A DNA stretch of 63,202 nucleotides, filler included, from Octopus bimaculoides (Eukaryota), in the NCBI RefSeq assembly GCF_001194135.2. It is 4 parts of 4 records of this genome, joined end to end, with 100 filler letters (N's around TTAATTAATTAA, not from the genome) between each part and the next. Parts side by side here need not be neighbours in the genome. Positions count along the whole stretch, not along the records: positions 1 to 22,104 come from NC_068990.1; positions 22,205 to 52,757 come from NC_068987.1; 2 more parts are not named here. One strand, given 5' to 3'. The translations under genes were made by a program, and so were the position numbers. Below are positions 1 to 28,449 of the stretch, piece by piece (within the stretch, counting starts at the first letter, position 1; each line of letters begins with the position of its first letter). Below the pieces are notes generated by a model. It did no database searches. It had not been told where the DNA came from and saw only the letters and a program-made list of their open reading frames with translations.

Positions 1-75
1 CAGAATCGGAATCTCCATAGCCTAAAACGTGGGATTCCGTAAAAAAAATTAATAAATAAGGGGGGGGGGAAAGGT

Positions 76-318
76 TCAGATTACATATAGTCCATCTCTA
101 CCGTTATGACTATTACTATTATGTGTCGTGTTATTAATATTGTTCCCTATATTATTATTATTATTGTTATTTTGGTAAGGGTTAATAACGTTTGGTTCAA
201 TGATATTACTGTTTGAACTCTCTAGTGGATGCAAAAGCCTCATATTGTGTGCAGATATTATCTGCGAAATGTTCTTCATGTTAGAGAAACCGAATCTAAC
301 CTTGTGTGTATTTATGAC
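76..318 (-). mobile_element. Penelope-like element ORF remnant
   Basis: INTHKVRFGFSNMKNISQIISAHNMRLL resembles the PLE motif N..VK.SYS.M.N...II..HN..L between RT and GIY-YIG; followed by an Asn-rich linker. Confidence 0.5.
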
Positions 319-343
319 ATGTGTGTATTTATAACATGATATA

Positions 344-395
<52 letters not shown>

Positions 396-990
396 TATAT
401 GTGCATATTTATATGTGTATATGTGTGTCTAAGTCCGTACATGTATAACATATATTTTGGAAATTTGAGAAAATTTATGCATAATATTCAATTCAAGGAA
501 TTATACATATATATACATATACATATCAATTATTTTGTGTTCTTTGCTACATTGGTTTCTATTAACCCATTTATTCTATCAGAAGAATTTTTATTCATTA
601 AGATAGAAGAAATACACATAATTATATATATATATACATATATATATGTATATATTCGAAGATATGTGACGAAAGCAATGAAAATACATTTCACCCCCGA
701 ATTTTTTTTTTTTTTCTTCAAGACACGAACCAAAGAAACTAAGACGAACATAAGCACAGGGAAGCAAAAAAAGGGATACAGCTTAAAGAACGGTTAAAAA
801 AAAGACATGTCGTCAACTTACAGAGCGTCAAAACATAGCCTAGTTTCAGAAATGTGGAGATAAGAAGTGTTGTTCTGTGAATGATTGATCTAAGAGAGAG
901 GGAAGTGAAGAATAGTCCACCATTTTGGGGAGCGAGAGACAAAAAGATAAACACTGTCAAAGATGGGTTGCTGACAACAACAATCACTCT

Positions 991-1030
991 GATTGGTCAA
1001 TCCTACACACCGGATTATTCTCCCATTGGT
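991..1030 (-). promoter_or_regulatory. Putative tandem NF-Y CCAAT boxes
   Basis: aaCCAATggg (1029-1025) and gaCCAATcag (996-992), same orientation, 33 bp apart. Confidence 0.4.
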
Positions 1031-1073
1031 TCGTTTTCTACTCTCTTTCTCTCTATCTTTCCTTTTCTCTCAT

Positions 1074-1110
<37 letters not shown>

Positions 1111-1234
1111 TTCTTTCTATCTTTCCCTTTTCTCTGTCTCTCTCTCTCTCGTTTTCTCTTAGTTTGGCGTAACAGCGTTGGTAACGTCTGTTCCTTTGCT
1201 TTTGGTTTTATTAGTCTCACTCACCTGACTGACG

Positions 1235-1942
1235 CTAAACAGACTCCTCTGTTGCTGTTGTTAGCAATAATGGTGGTGAGGGTTGTGTTAGTGGTGGTGG
1301 TGACGTGGTGATAGTGGGAGGTGGTGATGGTGTTGAAGGTTGTGTTAATGGTGATGGCGTTGAGGGTGGGGTGGTGGTAATGATGGCCATCGGACTGATA
1401 GTAGCGTTGGCCATGGTGTTAATGAGTAAGGTGTTCATGTTTGTGGTGGTGGTGGTTGTCATGGTGATGATGACGATGATGATGTTTGTGGCAGTTGTAT
1501 TAATGATGACGGTGACGGTGATGGTTGTGGTGGTGGTTACGGTGATATGGTTGTGGTGCTGATAGCGGTAGTGAGCGGGTGATATTTGAAACGGTGGTGG
1601 TGGTAGTGGTGGGGAGTGTATTGGTAACGGTAGCACCAGCATCATCCCAGCCACCACAACCACTACAGTGACAACCAAGTCTGGTGTAACGACAGTAGTA
1701 GTAGTAGTGGTAGTAGTGGTGATGACATTGTTGGTGTTGCTACCAGCAATGACAGACTCCCGCCGTCCTCCGCCTCCCAGTTCATTGTCGGCATCATCAT
1801 TGTCTCTGCCGGAGACTGTGTTGTCACCCTCACCTTTTCTCGCCTCTACTCTTGATCCACTGCCATCCCCATCATCGCCCTTGTCTGTCATTCTCTTGAA
1901 AATTGAACCCAAGTCAAAAGCCCATTCTTGTAATGTTCCCTT
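1235..1942 (-). CDS. Candidate terminal exon, 235-codon open frame (KGTLQEWAFDLGSIFKRM.. then Thr/His/Pro low complexity)
   Basis: Acceptor tttttgttgtag| at 1943, TAG at 1237-1235, AATAAA at 1212-1207. Much of the frame is simple repeat, so coding status is uncertain. Confidence 0.3.
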   Translation of the reverse strand, partial: KGTLQEWAFDLGSIFKRMTDKGDDGDGSGSRVEARKGEGDNTVSGRDNDDADNELGGGGRRESVIAGSNTNNVITTTTTTTTTVVTPDLVVTVVVVVAGMMLVLPLPIHSPPLPPPPFQISPAHYRYQHHNHITVTTTTTITVTVIINTTATNIIIVIITMTTTTTTNMNTLLINTMANATISPMAIITTTPPSTPSPLTQPSTPSPPPTITTSPPPLTQPSPPLLLTTATEESV

Positions 1943-4740
1943 CTACAACAAAAATAAAGATTAAATGAAGGAATCCGAGTTTTCTCCCTTAGATTGCACA
2001 CACACACATATACACACACTACAGCGTCCACTTTCACTTTCTCCTCATTGACCCAATCATATTTTTTTTTCACTTCCCCTCCTGCCAAAGCGATATTTAC
2101 TGTATCCATATCAACCCTCATATCGCATCATCTGTCATACTCTCTTCATACTCTTTTTGTTCCTTTATCCCTGTTCTCTATCTCATATTCACCTTCTACC
2201 TTGAAGGTATGCCCCCCCTCTCTCTCTCTAGCTGGAGAAGACGTATTCTCCTCTCAAGCAAGACACTTGTTCCTGTCCCTCTATCTTAATGACTTGTAGG
2301 GACGTGGTATTCTGTTATGCAACCATAATATCCTATAAAGTACATTAAATATTTCTTATAAGTCAACACCATGTTCTCCTGGAAGGTTCTTTCTACAGAT
2401 ATACAGTAGAAATTATAGCCAGCACTGATCTTTTGCTATGTTTTATATCAAGACAGCAAACTTGGTTGTCACTGTAGTGGTTGTGATGGTTGTGATGATG
2501 CTGGGGTGGTACTCTGGAGTGGTGCTCTGGAGTGATACTCTGGTGTGGTACTTTATTTATCAATAGGTGAATGGTAGAGTTGAGAATGGCAGGGTTAACC
2601 TAAGTGAAATCTGAACTCTGAGTGTAGAGAACCAGAACAAATACCACAAGTCATTCTAACTGATTCTGTAACAACTCAGCCAGTTTGACACCATTAGATT
2701 CCCGAATGATGTTGGCTAATCCTCATCTGAATCATGATGATTCATTTACTCAGTACTTATCCTCAATTTCCATGCTGTTAAGCAGATTAGAGGTAAATCT
2801 CCCTCCTCTATAATCACAGCTTAGTAACTTTTCTTCCATGAGGCATATTCATCTTGGTGTAGCAAGCTAATAATATAACATTCATCTTTTCCTCAGCCTT
2901 AAGTGTTAGATGTAGTCTGTGAATTCTATCACCTCCTCAGGGTATCTATTTACAGCTAGGTGGACTTGGCCATTGAGAGTTTGAGGTTTTGACACAACAA
3001 AAGCACTGCTGACATAGATATGGACTGTACAGTTCTTGCCTAACTATCTGATACCTTGTAAACTTGACCATTTAAGGATCACATTTTCCAAGTCCTTATT
3101 TTTAGGACCATGTTCTTTTACTTGTTTCCACAACTAGACAATGGTCATGTTGGAGCAAGCACTTTTCATGGGTTTTGATCAATTATATTGATCTCAGTAC
3201 TTTGATACTTATTTCAGTAACTGCAGTAAATACAAAATGCTAAGTAGACCTTGGAGTAAAGAGAGACAGCTAGGTTGGACATAAAAAAATACCACAGAGT
3301 ATTTCTGTTCCAATATACTACTTCTTACCCTACAGGAATATAAATATATCATGATGATCATCTTCTTTATTTTTACTTCTGCTTTCCTCTGCTTGCATGG
3401 AGTGGACGGGTCCTTTCCATCACAGCATCTTACAAATTTTATATTTCCTTATTAGCTCCTTTGTGGGGTTCAGCATCTGCAGAGGTAATGTCGTGGTGGA
3501 ATAGTGAGGTAGACAGAGTGATAAAAGTGAAGAAACAGGCTTTGAAAAGACAGGAAGAAAGGACACAATAGGGGGGTGGCAATACCCAGTAGGTAGAAGA
3601 GAAGCTATGCCTCAGGTATTTATAGCTTGGGAAGAAGCATAAAGTAAGAGGCTTGTTCGTGTTTTGATGTCTTCTTGAAGATAGGTGCTAAGCTGCTGCA
3701 ATCACAGACTCACAAACTCTTGGTTTAAACTTCAGGCAAAAGTCAATAAAAAAAATCATTCAATCAAAAACATCGTTTAAAATTCCAATTTCAATTTTTT
3801 AAAATTGAATTTTGGTTCATGTTAAAATTATGAAATAACATTTGGTGATTTTTTTTTTTTTTCCATTTGGAGAATTTTTAAATCAGCCTCCATTTACACC
3901 TTAGAGGCTTCTTCTTAAGAAAAAGTACCAGTCATCATTCTGAAATATTCTTTATTTTCTAAACTGTTTTACATCCAATTTTTTGTTCATGTATATATGA
4001 GGCAGATTTTATCATTTCAGAACAGCTGGACTCTGGCCTTTCCTACTTTTAATCATTCAACCAAACAATCTGGAGTTTTTTTTGTTTTTGTTAATCAGGA
4101 TTAAGCAAAATTATGTAACTTAGAAGCATATTTCTGACAGTCCAGTAAGACTTGATAGTCTGTTATCTTAATCTTACGGCCACTCTTTCAGAATAGAAAA
4201 ATATATAAAAGATCTAAGAGAAAATCTGTCAGAATAACAAGTGTTGAGTAACAATTGCTTCTGATTCTGGAACAAGGCCGGCAATTTTGCAAGGAAATTC
4301 ATCAATCCCAGTTCTGGACTGGTACTTTATTTTACCAACCTCCAAAGGGATCAAAAGTTGACTTCAAAGGGATTTTAACTAAAAATGTAAGGATCCAGAA
4401 CAAACATTGTAAAGCACTTTTCTTAGTTTATTTTATTGATGCTGAAGGGATGAAAGATGAAGTTGGTCTTTGCAGGATTTGAACTCAGAATGTAAAAGAA
4501 CTGCAAGAAATGCCATTAAGCATATAATCCAACACTCGAGCGACTCTTTTCTATTATAGACACAAGGCCTGAAGATTTTGGGGTGGAGGCTAGTCAATTG
4601 CATGGATTTTGGGGTGGAGGCTAGTCAATTGCATGGATCCCTGCACTCAACTGGTATTTATTTAATCAACCATGAAAGGATGAAAGGTACAGTCAACCTC
4701 AACAGTTTGACAAACTAACAATTCTGTCAATTTGCTCTCC

Positions 4741-4774
<34 letters not shown>

Positions 4775-5308
4775 CAACAACAACAACAATAATAATAATT
4801 ATTATTATAATAATAATGATGGTAATGATAATAATAATAACACAACATGTTCACACCAGAGGAATTTTTATTTTTTATTTTTTTATTGTTTTAGTAATTT
4901 TTTTTTTTAGTTTGTTTTATAGTTGATCTTGTAAATTGATTTCAACANNNNNNNNNNNNNNNNNNNNNNNNNNNNNNNNNNNNNNNNNNNNNNNNNNNNN
5001 NNNNNNNNNNNNNNNNNNNNNNNNNNNNNNNNNNNNNNNNNNNNNNNNNNNNNNNNNNNNNNNNNNNNNNNNNNNNNNNNNNNNNNNNNNNNNNNNNNNN
5101 NNNNNNNNNNNNNNNNNNNNNNNNNNNNNNNNNNNNNNNNNNNNNNNNNNNNNNNNNNNNNNNNNNNNNNNNNNNNNNNNNNNNNNNNNNNNNNNNNNNN
5201 NNNNNNNNNNNNNNNNNNNNNNNNNNNNNNNNNNNNNNNNNNNNNNNNNNNNNNNNNNNNNNNNNNNNNNNNNNNNNNNNNNNNNNNNNNNNNNNNNNNN
5301 TAAAACAA

Positions 5309-5389
<81 letters not shown>

Positions 5390-5428
5390 ATAATAATAAT
5401 AATAATAAAGAAGAAGAAGAATTCTTAC

Positions 5429-21653
<16,225 letters not shown>

Positions 21654-21736
21654 CTGAAATACACAAACATAAAATATGGTTTTAAAATAAAAAGTTGATG
21701 TTTTTAGTTTTAATGACAATAATTGTAATTATAGTA

Positions 21737-22104
21737 AACCTGTTGAGAGCCACCGACCAGATCTGTGGCTGGTGTAAAGTCCCCTCTCGACTCAGAGTAA
21801 TGTGGTGGTGGAACAAGGAGGTAGACGGGGCTATTAGACAAAAGAAACAGGCTTGGAAGGACTGGAAGAACGGTGGTAGCAGGGAATTGTACCAATCTGC
21901 CAGAAGGGAAGCTAGGCGACAGGTTTATTTAGCCAGAGGGGAAGCAGATAAGAAAAGATTTGCCAATGTTCTGCGCCGTGAGGACCAAAGACTCGAGGTA
22001 TTTCGTGTTGTAAGACAGTGTAGGAGAGAGAATAGTGATGTTGTAGGAGAGAAATGTGTTCGCATTGATGATGGTACGCTTGCACTAAATGAGGCTGCAA
22101 AGAA
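21737..22104 (+). mobile_element. RTE LINE ORF2 internal fragment (endonuclease-RT linker), truncated by gap
   Basis: Open frame WWWNKEVDGAIRQKKQAWKDWK..GEKCVRIDDGTLAL; near-identical to 52435-52757. Confidence 0.85.
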
Positions 22105-22713
22105 NNNNNNNNNNNNNNNNNNNNNNNNNNNNNNNNNNNNNNNNNNNNTTAATTAATTAANNNNNNNNNNNNNNNNNNNNNNNNNNNNNNNNNNNNNNNN
22201 NNNNATCTCCATTTAATTGAACAATGCAATCATTACATCAATTTAAAATGCAGAGCAATCCTCAGCTGCACAAAGACACAGAATTTAATTAAATTAGAAC
22301 AGATGGACACATTAGTATAATTATACCTAAAATCTCCAAGAAGTTAAGTAGATAGAGAAAGAACATGCTGCGTTCACACCAGCATTGAAGCTACTGAGGT
22401 ATCAAGAAGATATACATTGTTACAAACTCTTCCTGTCACTGATTTTTTTGTTTTTATGGGGTCAGTTTTAATTTATAGACTAGTTTATCAAATCCTTGTA
22501 TATCTAAGGCTGAGAAAACAAAGGGGCAGTATCTATTAGGGGTAGAGCTGAGGGAGCAGACAGAAATCATAGTTGGTATTTCATTTCATTTCAAAGTTTC
22601 AGCTCAGAGCTGCGGCCATGCTGATGCACCACCGTGTATAGTCACAAAATTAAAATAAAATCCTTAACTTCTTGGAGATTTTAGGTATAATCAGTGAATC
22701 ATAATCTCTGAAC

Positions 22714-22830
22714 TTTGGGCGTCACGGAGGCAATGACTGGTGACTGAGACCTTTGGCGATATGCTGTGCTTGAGAAGACTCGTCAAGCCAAGTGAAATCG
22801 TAGTCATGGCTGATCCTGGTGTCATATAAG
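22714..22830 (+). mobile_element. RTE LINE 3' end (ORF2 C-terminus GVTEAMTGD*DLWRYAVLEKTRQAK*)
   Basis: Recurring ORF2 C-terminal and 3' UTR sequence, also seen at 23181 and 39668. Confidence 0.7.
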
Positions 22831-22847
22831 TGGCACATAATGAGCAC

Positions 22848-23024
22848 TTTTCAAGTGTTAGGCCTCACAGAGGCAAAGTGGCGGAGTTCCTTTCAAGTAT
22901 TGGGCCTCACAGAGGCAAAGTGGTTGAGTTCCTTTCAAGTATTGGGCCTCACAGAGGCAAAGTGGTTGAGTTCCTTTCAAGTATTGGGCCTCACAGAGGC
23001 AAAGTGGCGGAGTTCCTTTCGAGT
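22848..23024 (+). repeat. 42-bp tandem repeat, about 4.2 copies
   Basis: Unit ctttcaagtattgggcctcacagaggcaaagtggttgagttc starting at 22890, 22932 and 22974; no spacers. Confidence 0.95.
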
Positions 23025-23180
23025 TTTATATTTAAGAGATGAGGAATTATGTACACTACATTATTTACATTATTTACATTTGACGGATATTTGGAGGGTA
23101 TATCAGCCAAAATGTTGTGTTAACAACAAACGTGATGAGGACAAATATCTGATCTGTCAAATGTATATAATGAAAATAAT

Positions 23181-23500
23181 GTTCCTTTCGAGTGTTGGGC
23201 TTCACGGAGGCAATGACTGAAACCTTTGACATTATGTTGTGCTTTAGAAGCAGACCCATCAAACTGAGCAAAATCACAGTGGTGGCAGGTACTGGTGTCA
23301 CACAAATTGTACTCATGCCAGTGGCACGTAAAAGCATCCATTACACTCTTAGAGTGGTTGGCGTTAGGAAAGCATTCAGTCAAAGAAAATTATACCAAAT
23401 TATACTGGAGTCTGCTGCAGCCTTCCAGCTTACCAGCCCTGGTCAAACCGTCCAACCCTGCCAGCATGGATAATGGACATTAAATGATGATGATGATGAT
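23181..23500 (+). mobile_element. RTE 3' UTR / derived non-autonomous element ending in (GAT)n
   Basis: ..ccagcatggataatggacattaaatgatgatgat tail, shared with 39668-39930, 46120-46300 and 52225-52430. Confidence 0.75.
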
Positions 23501-23501
23501 G

Positions 23502-23538
<37 letters not shown>

Positions 23539-23937
23539 TAAAGCAGACTTCTGTATAGTTTTCATCAACTACTTCCACTCACATGGTTTTGATTGACCTC
23601 CAACATTATAAATGATGACACTTGCCCAATGTACCATGCAGTCAGGCAGAACCTAAAACCATATGCAAAGAAAATGAAAATCAACACCACATAACCTGCA
23701 CTGATTCATGCCTTGCCACACATGTATATGTATGTATGCATGTATGTATGTACGTTAGTATTTATGCATGTATGCATGTACACACACATACTTATTATAG
23801 AGAATAGCAGAAAGGAGATATCTTCCTGTTGACATATTTGTCATGCTTCTCTGTCTACAATGTCTGCAGACTCACACTAAGAACTTATTGGTGTAATTAT
23901 GTATGCACACACGCTCGCAGACACTCACATACATACG

Positions 23938-23981
<44 letters not shown>

Positions 23982-24681
23982 CACGCATATACATATTCAT
24001 ATATTTTATTCATTTTATTTCTTCTTGCATTAACTACTAACATTACATATACGTGTCTAAGGATATTCTCATTTACAAACGCCCCCTCTACATTCAGATA
24101 TACGTATATATATGCATATGTATGAACACACACCTCACAAATCACTTCAAGTTATTTTAATTTTGAATTTCCTTCCTTTTCTCTATCCTATCTTTAATGG
24201 TACCTCCTCTCTCTTTCTCTCTCACTATCTCTCTCTCTCTCTCTTTCTCTCTCTTTAAATCTTTACTATAATAGTTTCACTATGTTATATAGTCACAACT
24301 TATGTACTTCTACATACATATAGACACCCATCTGTAATACATTTGCAAACATACATAGCAAGTTTATTGTCGAACACCATGGTTTCAATTGTTACATATA
24401 CCAATATGCAATTATTTCTTTCTGGTTTAGTGCTTTATCAGAAATCTTTTGTGTTTTTTCAATGCTTCTGAGACTGGTGAACAAACACATACACACATGC
24501 ACACGTGTGTGTATGCACACACAGACAGACAAAGAGTCAGATAGATATTTGTCTGCTTTTTGTGCTTTATCAGAGAAGATACTGCACCACCCATAAGCCT
24601 TTGTTTTACAATGCCTCTAAGACTGGTGGGCACACACACACACGCACACACACACACTCAGATAAACAGACAGACACTGAC

Positions 24682-24716
<35 letters not shown>

Positions 24717-24743
24717 CAGACACACACACACAGGTAGATAGGC

Positions 24744-24798
<55 letters not shown>

Positions 24799-24835
24799 CA
24801 GACACACACACACACACACACACAGGTAGATAGGC

Positions 24836-24873
<38 letters not shown>

Positions 24874-25574
24874 GTAGACAGATAGATTGATAGGCAGACA
24901 TATATAGATATATATTTCATCATCATCATCATCTTAAAGTCTACTTTTTCATGCTCGTATGGATCAGACAGAATTCATTGAGGCAGATTTTCTACGGCTG
25001 GATGTCCTTGCTGTCATCAACCCTTACCTGCTTCATAACAAAGTAATAATATTTCTCCTTAGCTGGGTAAGTTTACATAAAAGACTGGAAACAAACAATA
25101 CAGCATGTACAGTATTGAAATTTGTCATGACAAGGAGACACAAATATCTACGCACACATACATGCATACCTGAGTATGCACACACAAATACACACTCATA
25201 AGACAGTCTTTTTTCTGTTTCTGTCTACCAAATGCACTCACAAGGCTTTGATCAGCCCTGGGTTATAATAGAAGACATTTGACCAAAGCGCCACATGGGA
25301 CTGAACCTGAAACTTTGAACATAGGAAAGGAGCTTAATAATTACACAGCCTTGCCTGCATCTAAACAGCTGTAGCTGGGCTTATTAGCCATGCTTTTGTA
25401 TGTGTGTGTGTGCATGCGCATATATGTGTACATGCATGTATGTTCATCTCAGCCTGTCATTGCCTTAATACTGTTTGGGTAGTGGTGAGGTGTCCCCCAT
25501 AATCAATAGGCCCACAAGCTCCATGGCACCAGCATGCAAAGACCAGTGGAATGAAGTATCTTATTTGAAAAATA

Positions 25575-25977
25575 AGGGCAGCACTACCTCCTCCAGGCAC
25601 ATGATGTAGACCCCTGTGTTGAGTCTGAGGCCATGTGGGAAGATGAATGGAGGCATAACGTTGCCATCGCTAGTGATCACCCCAAACACCATGATGTTGA
25701 CTGGACGTTTGATTTTTCACACTCTCAGTACATGTCCTCTGATTGACACCCAAACACTGTTAAATGTTCGTATTGGAGCTTCTGGCGTGAATACCAAGCA
25801 TTACTGCATGTTGTTTCCAAATTTCTGGCTGAGTGAATTGCATCATGTTACTGGTTTTCTCACAGACGATGCCCAACTGACCCTACAATACTGTGTAGTC
25901 GACAAAATCAAAAACAAACAATGTGCATGCGTGAAATTAAAATTATAAAATGGTGACGATTTACCCATCACACCCTG
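25575..25977 (-). mobile_element. Second copy of the same Tc1/mariner deletion derivative
   Basis: TA|CAGGGTG terminus at 25977; colinear reverse complement of 15200-15620. Confidence 0.85.
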
Positions 25978-26187
25978 TATATATATATGTATATATATAA
26001 GTATTTGTACAGCAGGAAACGGATGAAGGTAGCGCCATCAAACTCCCTTATTCACCAAATGCCACATATTAGAGGAGGTTTCAAATAATGGTGTAGCACA
26101 GCCAACGATAGTGCCCTAGCATGAACTCAGCTTTGAAGCTGAAACAATTTAAAGATTTATATATTTGTGTTTATGTATGTATGTTTG

Positions 26188-26250
<63 letters not shown>

Positions 26251-26914
26251 TTATATNNNNNNNNNNNNNNNNNNNNNNNNNNNNNNNNNNNNNNNNNNNN
26301 NNNNNNNNNNNNNNNNNNNNNNNNNNNNNNNNNNNNNNNNNNNNNNNNNNNNNNNNNNNNNNNNNNNNNNNNNNNNNNNNNNNNNNNNNNNNNNNNNNNN
26401 NNNNNNNNNNNNNNNNNNNNNNNNNNNNNNNNNNNNNNNNNNNNNNNNNNNNNNNNNNNNNNNNNNNNNNNNNNNNNNNNNNNNNNNNNNNNNNNNNNNN
26501 NNNNNNNNNNNNNNNNNNNNNNNNNNNNNNNNNNNNNNNNNNNNNNNNNNNNNNNNNNNNNNNNNNNNNNNNNNNNNNNNNNNNNNNNNNNNNNNNNNNN
26601 NNNNNNNNNNNNNNNNNNNNNNNNNNNNNNNNNNNNNNNNNNNNNNNNNNNNNNNNNNNNNNNNNNNNNNNNNNNNNNNNNNNNNNNNNNNNNNNNNNNN
26701 NNNNNNNNNNNNNNNNNNNNNNNNNNNNNNNNNNNNNNNNNNNNNNNNNNNNNNNNNNNNNNNNNNNNNNNNNNNNNNNNNNNNNNNNNNNNNNNNNNNN
26801 NNNNNNNNNNNNNNNNNNNNNNNNNNNNNNNNNNNNNNNNNNNNNNNNNNNNNNNNNNNNNNNNNNNNNNNNNNNNNNNNNNNNNNNNNATATATATATG
26901 TATATTTATATACA

Positions 26915-26948
<34 letters not shown>

Positions 26949-26996
26949 CATATATATATACATATATACATGTATATATGTATATATATATGTATG

Positions 26997-27032
<36 letters not shown>

Positions 27033-27076
27033 TATGCATGTATGTGTGTGTATATATGTATGTACATATATATGTA

Positions 27077-27107
<31 letters not shown>

Positions 27108-28351
27108 TGACAGCAGAATTACTAAAAGAGTTGATAAATAGAATTGCCAGAAGAAATGAAGAATGTACTGTTTCTAGCTTTTGCTTTCTGTCTGAGAATG
27201 ATGAAGAGAGAGAGAGAGGAAGTGGTGGTTTTACATTTGCTGCCAACAAGCTAGTAAATGGATATGTCCATAGATATAAAAAGCAGATAGGCCAATAAGT
27301 TTGTGGGGAAATAAGTAGATAAGAAAACAAATACATATGTAGACTGACAAACACCTGTGAATTATTATATCATTACTCCAGCTTTGGAGAAGGAAAAAAA
27401 TTAGAAGATATCTATCTGTCTAAACCAAGAGCTATAGTCTTTCCAAACCATTCTGCACTTAGAGAATCTTGCTAAACTGAGTGGATTTAGTAACACAATA
27501 GGTCTTTATCTTATAGCTTTTACTTGTTTCTGTCACTGAAGTGTGGCCATACTGGAGCATTGCCTTGAAGTGGCTCAAGTCCAGTGAGTGGTTCTTCAAC
27601 CTTTTTTTTTATATCCAGGCCAGATCAGAAAACTGGATTTTTTTTTTGTGGTGGTGGGGGAGCACCAAAAAATTTAAGACGCAAGTCAGTTAAAGAAAGA
27701 TTTATTATATTTAAAGAGAGAAGACCATTGGGGGCCACTGGAAGGATGCTTGGGGCCCTGTGAGCTGCAGTCAAGAACAGCTGACCTAGTCATTCAAAGT
27801 GACCACATATTTTAAATCTGGTACTAATTCTATCAAACACTTTTGCTGAACTACTAAGTTACAGGGACATTAACAAACCAACACCAGTTGTCAGGTGGTT
27901 GAGAGAAAAACAGAAACACATACACACACATATATGACAGGCTTCCACGCAGTTTTCACTTACCAAATTCCTTCACAAGGTATTAGTTGGCCTAGAGCTA
28001 TAGTAGAAGACACTTGCCCAAGGTGCTGTGCAGTGGGACTGAACCTGGGTCCACATGCTCAAAAGTTAGCTTCTTAAACACACAGTTATGCTTGGGCTTT
28101 GCTGTTGCTATTGTTGCTTGATTCCTTGTCATCCTCCAGATTAAACAGAACTATGGTCAAAATCATTCCAGTCATAACCATTCCATCTTATTTTCTGACA
28201 TATCATAGCTAAAATTACATAATTTAATGTGTCCTTTTTTTTTAATGGTGGATTAGAAGATTTGGCTGCTATTTCTAGCGAGTCAAAGAACTATATAGAC
28301 TCTCCAAAGAAGGCTAAGTTTTTTTGAGGGATGTTAGTTGTGAGTTAAGGG

Positions 28352-28449
28352 CATACCTACATTTATGGTTTCCTAGTGAGTTACAGACATACCTGCATTT
28401 ATGGTTTCCTAGTGAGTTACACACATACCTGCATTTATGGTTTCCTAGT
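28352..28449 (+). repeat. 36-bp tandem repeat, about 2.7 copies
   Basis: Unit catacctgcatttatggtttcctagtgagttacaga at 28352, 28388 and 28424. Confidence 0.95.

Noticed and set aside
22149-22160. TTAATTAATTAA embedded in N runs (also 52802-52813 and 61810-61821)
   Set aside because: Identical 12-mer centred in gaps of about 100 nt, with stops in all six frames; an assembly spacer, not biology.
22848-23024. Regular 42-bp repeats resembling a CRISPR array
   Set aside because: No unique spacers, no cas genes, eukaryotic context.
26121-27354. Long ORFs spanning N gaps (also 33027-33808, 37366-39501, 49239-50334, 51069-51860, 60929-61631)
   Set aside because: Open only because of Ns and (TA)n/(CA)n tracts.
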